From contig JAFZTS010000032.1 of assembly GCA_017618715.1 (NCBI GenBank), forward strand, positions 19,111 through 83,110: 64,000 nucleotides of DNA, read 5' to 3'. Origin of the DNA: Bacteroidales bacterium. Its GTDB lineage: Bacteria; Bacteroidota; Bacteroidia; Bacteroidales; UBA3663. The notes under the pieces were generated by a model. That model saw nothing but the letters and a program-made list of their open reading frames with translations. It did no database searches and was not told the origin of the DNA. This document shows positions 29,496-39,003 of this stretch, one piece after another (positions within the stretch are counted from its first letter, which is position 1; every line of letters begins with the position of its first letter). A program made the position numbers and the translations under genes.

Positions 29496-31643
29496 ATGAC
29501 ATGGATTTGGTATCCCGCCGACTTTGAAATATGGCTCGGCAATCGCTTCAACAACCGACGCACAGAACGTGGCGCCATGTTTCCACCTTTCTGGAAACAG
29601 GACAGCCATTGGGCCACTGTCGAATTCAGTCGCGAATATGACTTGGAACGACCCGAAACCATACGCATCTATGCAGAAGGGCGCTACAACTTCATGTTCG
29701 ATGGCAAGCTACAGTTCGGTGAACCCAAAGAGTGGCTGATACCCGCAGGGCGGCACAAACTCAACATCAAGGTTCACAACCAGACTACACCTCCTGCCCT
29801 CTTCATCGAAGGAGAAACAATCCACACCGACTCCAGCTGGCACGTCACCCACGAGGATAAGATATGGATTGACGAAGTTGGCGTCGCACATGGTTCAGGC
29901 ATTTATCTGACCCCCGGTTTCTGGAATTTCAATACGCCTTCCGATCGTCCTTCACTCTTCCAACTGGCTCGCGAAGAGTGGCAAGCAGTCGCGACACATC
30001 TCTTGTCCCCCCAATCTTCCGATGAACAGTCGAGAGAAAAAAACACTTCTCTCCTCGTCGATTTCGGCAAGGAGACGATGGGCTTCATTGTCTTGAACGG
30101 TATCCATGGCCAAGGCATCGTTGAATTCTATTACGGTGAGAGCGAAGCCGAGGCACTCGACAAGGAATACTGCGAGACACTGGACAAGCTTGAGGTCGAA
30201 GAAGAGCCACGCTTCGTTGTTCCCGAGTCAAAGGCTTTTCGTTTCGTGCAAGTCGTACTTCCCAAAGGCATGACCGTCGAAAGCATCAGCATGGAGTATG
30301 AATATCTGCCGCAAGATCCTTCGCGCAGTGGTTCATTCGAATGCTCCGACGAAGAATTGAACCGCATCTGGCAAGTTGGTGCTTACACCATGGACCTCAC
30401 TACTCGTGAGTTCATGATGGACGGTATCAAACGTGACCGCTGGACCTGGTCGGGTGATGCAATCCAGTCCTATCTGATGAACTATTATCTGCGTTTCGAC
30501 AGCGAAACCGTAAAGCGCACCATCCACCAACTGCGCGGCAAAGATCCTATCACCTCACACGTCAACACCATCCTTGACTATACCTTCTACTGGTTCAAGT
30601 CGGTGTATGATTACTATCAATATACTGGTGACCGCGACTTCGTCGTCGAGATGTATCCGCGTATGCTCACCCTCATGGACTATTGTCTGGGACGACTACA
30701 CGAAGGATGGGCCATCGGGCAACCCGATGACTGGGTCTTCATCGACTGGGTAGATTTCCCGATGCACAAGCGCGGCATCGTCTGCTTCGAACAAATACTA
30801 TTCTGCAAGAGTCTCGAAACCATGCAGCGCTGCAAGGATCTCGTCGGTCCCCTCTCCGATATGCATATGAGCAACCTCCATCTCACCTATCCGGATGTGG
30901 ACTATGGGGCTAAAGCCGCAGAGCTTCGTGAAAAGATTGACAAGACTTTTTGGAGTCCCGCCGCTCATGCCTATCTCCACGCATTGGAGCCCACCACTCC
31001 TAAATATTATCTAGAATCTCTAGGGAAACTGGAGAATTTGGAACTCAACACCCAAGTCAACAAGTTCGCCAGCATGTTTGCCATCCTTTATGGCTATGCT
31101 GACGAAACACGCCAGCAGGAAATACTGCACCATGTGCTTCAGAATCCCGACATTCCAGCCATCACCACACCATACATGCGCTTCTACGAACTTGCAGCCC
31201 TTTGTCAATTGGGCATGCATGACGACGTGCTCAAGGAAATCAGAGCTTATTGGGGTGGCATGCTCCACGAAGGAGCTACCTCGTTCTGGGAGAAATACAA
31301 CCCGGAGATGCACGGTGACGAACATCTTACCATGTATGGGCGTCCTTATGGCAAATCTCTCTGTCATGCCTGGGGTGCCAGTCCAGTCTATTTGCTCGGA
31401 CGCTATTACCTTGGTATCGAGCCCACAGCTCCAGGTTATGCTTCATGGCAAGCGAAACCTCATCTTTCCAATCTCGATTGGATGCGTGGTGCTGTTCCTA
31501 CGCCATTCGGCCCAATCCGAATCGAAGTCACTCCCCACAAGGTCAGCATTACCACACCTAATGGCATAGGGAACGGAACGCTTTTCATTGCTGACAAGAC
31601 GATAAAGATTGAGGCAGGTCAGACCACAACGATAGAATATTAA
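29496..31643 (+). CDS. alpha-L-rhamnosidase-like (GH78-type six-hairpin) glycoside hydrolase
   Basis: The track start at 29439 overlaps the upstream gene. ATG 29496 lies 1 nt after its stop (MTWIWYPADF...), giving 715 aa. RDRWTWSGDA and the (alpha/alpha)6-like C-terminal half ending CHAWGASP resemble bacterial rhamnosidases. No signal peptide is present. Confidence 0.55.
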   Translation: MTWIWYPADFEIWLGNRFNNRRTERGAMFPPFWKQDSHWATVEFSREYDLERPETIRIYAEGRYNFMFDGKLQFGEPKEWLIPAGRHKLNIKVHNQTTPPALFIEGETIHTDSSWHVTHEDKIWIDEVGVAHGSGIYLTPGFWNFNTPSDRPSLFQLAREEWQAVATHLLSPQSSDEQSREKNTSLLVDFGKETMGFIVLNGIHGQGIVEFYYGESEAEALDKEYCETLDKLEVEEEPRFVVPESKAFRFVQVVLPKGMTVESISMEYEYLPQDPSRSGSFECSDEELNRIWQVGAYTMDLTTREFMMDGIKRDRWTWSGDAIQSYLMNYYLRFDSETVKRTIHQLRGKDPITSHVNTILDYTFYWFKSVYDYYQYTGDRDFVVEMYPRMLTLMDYCLGRLHEGWAIGQPDDWVFIDWVDFPMHKRGIVCFEQILFCKSLETMQRCKDLVGPLSDMHMSNLHLTYPDVDYGAKAAELREKIDKTFWSPAAHAYLHALEPTTPKYYLESLGKLENLELNTQVNKFASMFAILYGYADETRQQEILHHVLQNPDIPAITTPYMRFYELAALCQLGMHDDVLKEIRAYWGGMLHEGATSFWEKYNPEMHGDEHLTMYGRPYGKSLCHAWGASPVYLLGRYYLGIEPTAPGYASWQAKPHLSNLDWMRGAVPTPFGPIRIEVTPHKVSITTPNGIGNGTLFIADKTIKIEAGQTTTIEY

Positions 31644-31687
31644 AAACAATGACGGCAAATCCATCGTCGGCACCAACTATGCAGAAC

Positions 31688-31695
31688 TATTTTTG
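31688..31695 (+). promoter_or_regulatory. possible -7 promoter box TATTTTTG
   Basis: TAnnTTTG match 15 nt upstream of ATG 31710. This would give a very short leader. Confidence 0.4.
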
Positions 31696-31709
31696 ACAAA
31701 CCACGACAA

Positions 31710-32300
31710 ATGAATAAAGCGAATCGTCTTCACCTCATCCTTCTGATCTTTGTTCTCATCGTCTTCATTTGGTCAGTGATCAATGTGCAGGACACTTACC
31801 TTACCTGGGTGCTCGAGGCTGCGCCTGTCATCATCGCGCTACCTATCCTCATCTTTACCTATAAAAAGTTCAAATTCTCTAATCTTCTATATGTCTTCAT
31901 AGCTATTCACATGGCTATACTACTCGTTGGTGCGCATTATTCTTATGCAGAAGTACCTCTTGGTGAATGGATGAAGGATTGGTTTGGCTTCGAGCGCAAC
32001 AACTATGACAAGATCGGACATTTTATGCAGGGCTTCACTCCTGCTCTTGTTTCTGTTGAAATCATTCGACGATATACCCCTCTGACATCAATCCATTGGA
32101 TAGGTTTCTTCTCATTCTGCGTCTCGATGACCGTTGCAGCAATTTACGAAATCATCGAGTGGCTCTCTTCACTCGGCAATCCAGAAGATACCGAAGCCTT
32201 TCTTGGCACACAAGGCTACATTTGGGACACCCAATCGGATATTTTCATGTGCTTATGTGGAGCCGTTTTTGCCCTCCTTATCTTTGGAAAAAAGAAATGA
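31710..32300 (+). CDS. DUF2238 (YjdF-like) inner-membrane protein
   Basis: 196-aa ORF with about six TM helices and NNYDKIGHFMQGF, typical of the family. Confidence 0.65.
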   Translation: MNKANRLHLILLIFVLIVFIWSVINVQDTYLTWVLEAAPVIIALPILIFTYKKFKFSNLLYVFIAIHMAILLVGAHYSYAEVPLGEWMKDWFGFERNNYDKIGHFMQGFTPALVSVEIIRRYTPLTSIHWIGFFSFCVSMTVAAIYEIIEWLSSLGNPEDTEAFLGTQGYIWDTQSDIFMCLCGAVFALLIFGKKK

Positions 32301-32321
32301 GATATTTCAAACCCGAATCGT

Positions 32322-32361
32322 AATAGACCCAGGCCATCCAATTGGATAGTCTGGGTCTATT
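32322..32361. terminator. bidirectional terminator, extended palindrome
   Basis: AATAGACCCAG (32322..32332) pairs with CTGGGTCTATT (32351..32361). There is an inner palindrome, ATCCAATTGGAT. Confidence 0.7.
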
Positions 32362-32402
32362 AATCATTATTCAATGAGGAGGTTTATCCTTTTTATTATT
32401 TA

Positions 32403-34211
32403 TTATTTTTTCTCATACCATTCCTTCAGCACATAAAATGCCTTTTTCTTTTCTCCCTGATCAGAGAAGAGGCCTTTCCTATTGTAGTAGTCTTGAACTC
32501 CATTAAGTACTCGACGAGGTGAGCGGAAATCCTTCAAGATCCACGGAGAGGTGCCTGCCAAACCATCAATCTTGTCGAGCATGGCAACATTTTCGCGATA
32601 GAGGTTCTCCTGGAACTCCTCCGTCCAACGTTGGTTCTTGGCACCATGAAGACCGAACTTGGCACCGCCACCGAACTCGCTGACGATGACAGGTTTGTCA
32701 TATGGAATCTCCCAAGACATTTTCGCAGCATCGTTCACATCGCGATACCAACCGATATATTGGTTGAAGCTAACCACATCAACATATTCGTGCATATTGT
32801 CCTGCAGACGATTCTTGAAGTTGGAAGCCGATGTAACCTCCATCGCCATGGAGATGAGACGTGTGTTGTCGAGCGAACGGGCATGCTTGGCCAAGCGGCT
32901 CAAGAACTGGTCACGTTCAGGAGAATGAGGTGTCTCGTTTGCAATGCTCCAGATGATGACATTCGCACGGTTCTGGTCACGCCGAATCATGTCGGTCAAC
33001 TGACGCTCTGCATTACTATAGGTGTTGGGATTGGTCCAAGCAATGGTCCAATAGACAGGTATCTCCGACCAAACGAGGATACCCATGCGCTCGGCTTCGC
33101 GCACAGCATATTCGTTATGAGGATAATGGGCAAGACGCACGAAGTTGCAGCCTAGTTCCTTTGCCCATGAAAGCAGCGTGTGGGCATCTTCAGTCGAATT
33201 GGCACGTCCTCCTCCATTGGGTTTCTCCTCATGGATACTTATTCCCTTGAGGAAGATCGGCTGACCATTGAGCAGTAACTGCTTGCCGCGTGTCTCGATG
33301 GTGCGGAAACCAATCTCATCCTTGATAACTTCTTCGCCCAAACGAATCTCAACCTGATAGAGTTTGGGATTCTCGGGTGACCAGAGTTGTAGTTTCTTGG
33401 CCTTCACGGTAACTGACGCTGTACCATCGCTGCCGGTCGTGACAACCTGATGCATCTTCAACTCGGGGATGTCGAGCGTTACCTGCTGGCCAGCCTCAGC
33501 CTTATTGAGCTTGACGCTGAAGGTGATAGGACGAGTGCCCCGCTTGTCAACCTCCTTGCCAGCAAGGTCTATTCGATAGTTTTCGACATATACAGGAGCC
33601 ACATCAATAAGTAAAACGTCGCGGGTGATACCGCCATAGTTCCACCAGTCGAAAATCTGGGTTGGAACAGCTTCGGCATGACGTTTGTTATCGACCTTGA
33701 GGATAACAAAGTTTTCGCCTTCCTTCAGCAAATCGGTCACATCGAAATTAAATGGAGTGAAACCTCCCACATGGTGACCTGCAAGTTTGCCGTTCACATA
33801 GACATATGTATCATAGTTAACCGCTCCGAAATAGAGCAGCGTGCGATGGTCTCCATTGGGTTTCCAATTGAATGAACGCTTGAACCATACCGTACCCTCA
33901 TAGAAGAATAGTCGTTCATCTTGAGTATTCCAATCGCCTGGCACCTGCATGGTCGGTGCCTTATCGAAGTCGTATTCGATGAGGTCTTCGGGTCGCTGCG
34001 GTTTTGCATTGATAAAAAATCCTCCACGCATGGGCTTCATACGATAATCGTAGTAGCCCTCTTCCTGCACATCGATGATATAATTCCACGTGCCATTCAG
34101 CGAGGTAATATTTCGAGCAAGTACATTGGTCACTTGTGGCACTTCATTGGCCACGACTGTCCCACTGGCAAAGCCAAAGAGACAGCATAAAGAAGTCATG
34201 AGACGTTTCAT
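32403..34211 (-). CDS. glycoside hydrolase family 2 (beta-glucuronidase/beta-galactosidase-like), secreted
   Basis: 602-aa ORF with a signal peptide. It has a sugar-binding N-domain and a TIM barrel carrying NFVRLAHYPH, WSIANE (acid/base) and VSEFGG (nucleophile context). Confidence 0.8.
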   Translation of the reverse strand: MKRLMTSLCCLFGFASGTVVANEVPQVTNVLARNITSLNGTWNYIIDVQEEGYYDYRMKPMRGGFFINAKPQRPEDLIEYDFDKAPTMQVPGDWNTQDERLFFYEGTVWFKRSFNWKPNGDHRTLLYFGAVNYDTYVYVNGKLAGHHVGGFTPFNFDVTDLLKEGENFVILKVDNKRHAEAVPTQIFDWWNYGGITRDVLLIDVAPVYVENYRIDLAGKEVDKRGTRPITFSVKLNKAEAGQQVTLDIPELKMHQVVTTGSDGTASVTVKAKKLQLWSPENPKLYQVEIRLGEEVIKDEIGFRTIETRGKQLLLNGQPIFLKGISIHEEKPNGGGRANSTEDAHTLLSWAKELGCNFVRLAHYPHNEYAVREAERMGILVWSEIPVYWTIAWTNPNTYSNAERQLTDMIRRDQNRANVIIWSIANETPHSPERDQFLSRLAKHARSLDNTRLISMAMEVTSASNFKNRLQDNMHEYVDVVSFNQYIGWYRDVNDAAKMSWEIPYDKPVIVSEFGGGAKFGLHGAKNQRWTEEFQENLYRENVAMLDKIDGLAGTSPWILKDFRSPRRVLNGVQDYYNRKGLFSDQGEKKKAFYVLKEWYEKK

Positions 34212-34301
34212 AGGGTTGTGAGTTATAAGATTATGCGGTTTTTATATCAATCCGTGGTAGCCGATTTGACTGCCACGGATTGTAAGAGATATTAGATAAA
34301 A

Positions 34302-35456
34302 TCATCGGATGTTAAACAGGGCATACCAAGCGACACCGCAAGCAAGCACAGCTGCACCAAAAACGATAAGGAGCTGCCACCATGTCATCGGATTGTCAAT
34401 GTACTTGAAATCCTTCCATTCCTTGCGTTGCCAGAGCTTGATATTTTCGCGCAGCCAGCCTGCAAACTGCTGCAAGTTGAGCGGCTCACCCTCATGGTCA
34501 CGGGCCCAACTCTCAAGGGCGAGTTCCATCTGTGGTTCGTCCATCCAACTGAAAGCATTGCACCACTTGAGCACATACGGGTCTTCGACAATACTGTCAG
34601 ACGAATCGCTCACCTTGGGACGTTCAACGCCAAGGCAGATGGTAAACTCGTTTTTGTTGCCTCCATGCCAATAAGCACGCTGCTTCTCAGCTATCGTCAA
34701 TCCCTTGCTGGCATCATATATAAGGACAAAGAAATGCACTTGGCATGAACTACCCATCGTCGCATTAAGCAGTTGGAAAGCTCGCTGGTCAGCATCGGTA
34801 GCGATGTCAAGGCCGACAATGGGCTGCTGCTCATAGTTGTGTATGGCAGGATAGTCGTAAAGTCCCATTTCGTTTGCATCCTGCGCAGAAATCTCCTCAT
34901 AGCGGAAGATGGAGTTCGAACGATCGAGCGGGTTGTCATAGCGATGGGGATAGGTCTGTGTCTGCATGTGCTCAATGTTCTGATCCCACACGCAAAGATC
35001 ACCACCGCCACCTGCCACACAATTTGCATGGAAAGTGGAGAAGTAGGACGTATGCCCACCCCACAACCACACCAACTGCTGATAGACCGCTTGGGAAATG
35101 TTCTCCACATGTCCCGTGTTGAGTCCCCATTGCCAATAAGGCGGATGCTCGACAAAACGTACGCGCTGCACCTGACGCGTATTGCCTCTGCCATCGCTGA
35201 TGGTCTCGATATAGACTACACGCTCGGTCCATGCACGATAGTACCGCACCTCGGTGACATATCCGCTCAAGAATTCGGTATCAAGTCCGGCACGTCGCGC
35301 CAGATAATGTGCCAGTCCCACAACGCCTTCAGCCGCAACAAATGCTACCGCGTAGATTTGATAATCCACGTGGTATGCACCGCCCCCTCCTTGGTTGACC
35401 CACAACCAATGGGCAAAGAGGGCGATAGGGGGAAGCAGATAGGCTATGCGATGCAC
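34302..35456 (-). CDS. uncharacterised three-TM membrane protein
   Basis: 384-aa ORF. It has two N-terminal TM helices and one C-terminal TM helix flanking a ~290-aa Trp/Tyr/His-rich domain. No recognisable family. It starts 10 nt after the LemA-like gene. Confidence 0.6.
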   Translation of the reverse strand: MHRIAYLLPPIALFAHWLWVNQGGGGAYHVDYQIYAVAFVAAEGVVGLAHYLARRAGLDTEFLSGYVTEVRYYRAWTERVVYIETISDGRGNTRQVQRVRFVEHPPYWQWGLNTGHVENISQAVYQQLVWLWGGHTSYFSTFHANCVAGGGGDLCVWDQNIEHMQTQTYPHRYDNPLDRSNSIFRYEEISAQDANEMGLYDYPAIHNYEQQPIVGLDIATDADQRAFQLLNATMGSSCQVHFFVLIYDASKGLTIAEKQRAYWHGGNKNEFTICLGVERPKVSDSSDSIVEDPYVLKWCNAFSWMDEPQMELALESWARDHEGEPLNLQQFAGWLRENIKLWQRKEWKDFKYIDNPMTWWQLLIVFGAAVLACGVAWYALFNIR

Positions 35457-35466
35457 TTTCTAAATC

Positions 35467-36000
35467 TTATTTCTTCTTGAAAAGCTCGACATCGTCATCA
35501 ATGCCCGTTGTGGTAACGGTCTTCGAGCGAGTACTTGAGATAACGGTATAGTCGATCTTGCTCTTGTTCGAGATAAAGAACTTGGAAGGAATGGTCTCAA
35601 GCAACGTGTCACGCTGACGAATGATGTCGAGCATACGCGTCTGTGCCTGTGTAAAATAGGAACGTTGTACCTCGATGGCCTGCATCAAGTCCTTGTAGAG
35701 AGCTGTGTCGAAATCAGGATTGCTTTCCTGAATCCACTTCATGGCTGTGCTACCGTCTTGGCTATAACGTCCCGAAATAATTTCAGGGTAAACCTTCTCG
35801 AACGTCTCACGATACTCCTCGGTGACACCAGCCTTCTGCTGGATGATCTTCCACATCTGGTCGTGTACGCTCTCTACCTTTCCCTTCTGGGCATCTGCCT
35901 CCTTACGAAGGGCCACTTCCTTGTTGTTGTAAACGATATACATGCCGATGAGGATAATTGCCACAACGGCAATGATAGCGATTAAAATCAAAGTTGCCAT
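35467..36000 (-). CDS. LemA-like membrane-anchored protein
   Basis: 177-aa ORF. It has an N-terminal TM helix followed by YNNKEVALRKEA... and a helical bundle with YPEI...F..A.E...R, which resembles LemA topology and spacing. The similarity is loose. Confidence 0.5.
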   Translation of the reverse strand: MATLILIAIIAVVAIILIGMYIVYNNKEVALRKEADAQKGKVESVHDQMWKIIQQKAGVTEEYRETFEKVYPEIISGRYSQDGSTAMKWIQESNPDFDTALYKDLMQAIEVQRSYFTQAQTRMLDIIRQRDTLLETIPSKFFISNKSKIDYTVISSTRSKTVTTTGIDDDVELFKKK

Positions 36001-36074
36001 GTTTTTACTTGTATTTTTATAGTTTATAATTGATATTGTACTCTATAATGAATGAATTGGTCTATTCAACGCCG

Positions 36075-36082
36075 CAAAGATA
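36075..36082 (-). promoter_or_regulatory. -7 promoter box (TATCTTTG on minus strand) for the LemA-like operon
   Basis: CAAAGATA on the + strand, 75 nt upstream of start 36000. Confidence 0.55.
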
Positions 36083-36251
36083 GAAACTAATTTGTGATTG
36101 TGCAAGTTTTTTTGCAAAAAAATTTAGAAACGACACAAAACACCTCCTATTTTTTGCAAACAAACGTTAACAAATGGCTAAAATGTCAATATTTTTGCAA
36201 AAATAACTTAAATAAAATATACTTTGCAATACAAGGTACTAAAATAATGCA

Positions 36252-36259
36252 TATCTTTG
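36252..36259 (+). promoter_or_regulatory. -7 promoter box TATCTTTG for the PadR operon
   Basis: Exact TAnnTTTG 57 nt upstream of ATG 36316. Confidence 0.6.
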
Positions 36260-36315
36260 CAGCGGCAAAACGAAATAGCCGAAAAACGAATAAAAAACAA
36301 AACAACAGAAGCAAA

Positions 36316-36666
36316 ATGAATACAGAAAACGCCAAATCACAGATGCGGAAAGGTATGCTGGAATATTGCATCCTTCTCTTGCTCCACAAAGGGCCGGCCT
36401 ACGCCTCTGATATCATCCAGCAACTCAAGGAGGCACAGCTCATCGTAGTGGAAGGCACGCTCTATCCCCTGCTGACACGTCTCAAGAACAATCGGTTACT
36501 ACGATACGAATGGCAGGAATCGACCCAGGGACCTCCGCGCAAGTATTATGCGTTGACGCTCGACGGGGAGGAATTCCTCCGCCATCTTGATTCAGCCTGG
36601 AACGAATTGACCAACACCGTCAACATCCTTCGTAGCGGTAGTGTAGCTGAAGTCATTCTCACATAA
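36316..36666 (+). CDS. PadR family transcriptional regulator
   Basis: The track ORF begins at 36094 in A/T-rich intergenic DNA. ATG 36316 gives 116 aa, with LEYCILLLL, the winged-helix motif GTLYPLLTRLKNNRLL and RKYYALT. Confidence 0.85.
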   Translation: MNTENAKSQMRKGMLEYCILLLLHKGPAYASDIIQQLKEAQLIVVEGTLYPLLTRLKNNRLLRYEWQESTQGPPRKYYALTLDGEEFLRHLDSAWNELTNTVNILRSGSVAEVILT

Positions 36667-36714
36667 TTATTATAATGAGGAAATCAAATCATCAAACAAC
36701 AAAACGTCATCAAT

Positions 36715-38436
36715 ATGAAAACAAGCATAAACATCAACCTCTTTGGCACGCTGTACGCCATTGACGAAGACGCACATCAGTTGCTGCAACAATATCTCGC
36801 CAGTATGAAGAGCTACTTCAGCAGGCAAGAAGGTGGCGATGAAATATCAGACGACATCGAGCATCGCGTGGCTGAGCTCTTTTGGGAGTTGAAACAAAAT
36901 GGCTGCGAATCGATCAGCATCGAGCAAGTGAAAAGCATAATTCAGGAAATCGGCAATCCCGAGGAACTGGGTGAGCAACAGTCGGGTAATGAGTCGCGAA
37001 GCACTGACGGAAGACAACAAACGACCAACGACGGACAACAGTCCACCGACGACACACAGCGCTTCAGTCAGAAAGTGGAAGACACAGCCCGTGAAGCAGG
37101 CTCGAAGGCTAAGGTATGGTTGAGCAAGCGTCGTTACTATCGCGATCCTCAAGACAAACTCGTGGGCGGTGTGCTCTCAGGTCTGGCCCACTACTTCGGT
37201 GGCGGTGACCCCATCGTATGGCGTCTGCTCTTCGCTCTCCTGACTTTCTTCTCTGGTTTCTTTCCTGCCATCCTGATCTACATACTGATCTGGCTCTGTG
37301 CCCCCGAGGCAAGGACAGCCGAAGAACGCCTACGCATGCAGGGCAAGGAGGTGAATCCTGAAAATATCAAATCACAAGTTCTGAGCTATGGTGAAGACCC
37401 GACCATCGGTCAGCAGAATCGCAGCGGATGCTTGGGCAGCACTACAGGTTTCCTGGCCGTCTGCTTTAAGATACTGCTTGTACTCCTTGCCATCCCTGGC
37501 CTCTTCGTCATTGCAATTATAGTCTTTGCGCTCTTCGTCGCCCTCCTCGCTGTGATAGGTGCCTTGTTCGGAGCGGCTACAGGAATCTCCGTGGGTGGTG
37601 TCTCACTGGGTACGGCTCTTCTCGCTGGCGAAAAGTGGACGCTCATCGCCTGCATCCTTTCAGCCCTGGCATTCATTGCACTCGGCATCTACACGCTCTA
37701 TCGCATTTTCCATCGCGACCGCACACCATTCAGCGGTCTTACGCTCACCATCTTGTTGGGCCTGATGCTCCTCTCGGCCCTCATCTGCTGGCAGGGTGGC
37801 CGTCGCATTTCTAACAAATTACATGATTTCGACTGGACTACCATCTCTCCGTTCGACGGCACAGATGACGACGAAGATTTCTCCAACTACCGCGATTCAG
37901 TTTACGTGGTTAGCCCATTCAATGAGGTGGATGTCCAAGGTATTGCCAGAGTCATTTATCGTCAAGCCGACAGCTGCTCGGTCAGTGTGAAAGGCAGCGA
38001 ATGGCTTCACAAGCACACCATCATCGAGGAAAACGATGGACGTCTGACCATCTCCCAGGACGACCAGCTGGGAAAAGGCAAGAACAATATCAGCAGGAAT
38101 GCTTATCGCATCTACGTCACCGCTCCCTATATCACCAACCTTAAAATGCGCGGCATCGGAAGCATCGAGTTTGAAGGCGATATGCAGCAAGAACAACCCA
38201 TAAATGTAGAAATGGAGGGCATCGGAATGATCGACATCGACAAAGTGACCTGTCCCAAACTCAATGCAGTCAACAAGGGTGCCGGCATGGTAAAGATTGA
38301 AGCTTACGTCGATAGCCTCATTGTTCACAACAAGGGCATCGGTGCCATTGAAATCGAAGGACGTACCTTCAACTACCAGCGCAACAATGACGGTATCGGC
38401 AGCATCAATGACAACGAACTGAAAATCGGAATGTAA
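36715..38436 (+). CDS. PspC domain membrane protein with DUF1700/HAAS-like N-terminus and C-terminal DUF2807/GIN beta-helix domain
   Basis: 573-aa ORF. Its parts are an N-terminal helical module, the PspC motif DKLVGGVLSGLAHYFGGGDPIVWRLLFALL, several TM helices, and C-terminal repeated GIG/GAG rungs (GIGSIEFEG, GIGMIDID, GAGMVKIE, GIGAIEIEG). Confidence 0.75.
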   Translation: MKTSININLFGTLYAIDEDAHQLLQQYLASMKSYFSRQEGGDEISDDIEHRVAELFWELKQNGCESISIEQVKSIIQEIGNPEELGEQQSGNESRSTDGRQQTTNDGQQSTDDTQRFSQKVEDTAREAGSKAKVWLSKRRYYRDPQDKLVGGVLSGLAHYFGGGDPIVWRLLFALLTFFSGFFPAILIYILIWLCAPEARTAEERLRMQGKEVNPENIKSQVLSYGEDPTIGQQNRSGCLGSTTGFLAVCFKILLVLLAIPGLFVIAIIVFALFVALLAVIGALFGAATGISVGGVSLGTALLAGEKWTLIACILSALAFIALGIYTLYRIFHRDRTPFSGLTLTILLGLMLLSALICWQGGRRISNKLHDFDWTTISPFDGTDDDEDFSNYRDSVYVVSPFNEVDVQGIARVIYRQADSCSVSVKGSEWLHKHTIIEENDGRLTISQDDQLGKGKNNISRNAYRIYVTAPYITNLKMRGIGSIEFEGDMQQEQPINVEMEGIGMIDIDKVTCPKLNAVNKGAGMVKIEAYVDSLIVHNKGIGAIEIEGRTFNYQRNNDGIGSINDNELKIGM

Positions 38437-38437
38437 G

Positions 38438-38995
38438 ATGATTACCGAACAGCAACTCATCGAGGTGGGATACATCGCCAAACTTCACGGGCTGAAGGGC
38501 GAGATGCAGGCACGAATCACTGACAGCGTCATCGACGATGTCGAACGATGCCCCTACCTGGTTTGCGAGATAGATGGCATCTATGTGCCTTTCTTCCTCG
38601 ACAGCTTCCGTTTCCGCTCCTCCGAGAGTGCACTCCTGAAATTCGAGGATATCGACTCAGCGGAGAAAGCCGAACCTTTCTGCGGACTGAAACTATACTT
38701 CGATCGCAAGTGTTTCAGCCCCGAAGAGCAGAAGCAATATGATCAAAAGGCCGAAGACGACCTTGGCCTCATCGGCTACAAGATCATCGACAAAACCTTG
38801 GGGCCCATCGGCGAAATCACAGATATTAACGATCTGACCGAAAACGTGCTTTTCATCGTCGATCATGATGGGGACGAAATAATGATTCCCGCCGCCGATG
38901 ACCTTATCCTTGCCATCGATGACGAGAATGCAACCATCCTCATGGACCTGCCTGAAGGATTGGTCAATATAGAGGATGCTGAAACAGAAGAATAA
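38438..38995 (+). CDS. rimM: ribosome maturation factor RimM
   Basis: 185-aa ORF with VGYIAKLHGLKGE at the N-terminus and a PRC-barrel C-terminal half. It starts 1 nt after the upstream stop. Confidence 0.8.
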   Translation: MITEQQLIEVGYIAKLHGLKGEMQARITDSVIDDVERCPYLVCEIDGIYVPFFLDSFRFRSSESALLKFEDIDSAEKAEPFCGLKLYFDRKCFSPEEQKQYDQKAEDDLGLIGYKIIDKTLGPIGEITDINDLTENVLFIVDHDGDEIMIPAADDLILAIDDENATILMDLPEGLVNIEDAETEE

Positions 38996-39003
38996 CTAAT
39001 ACA

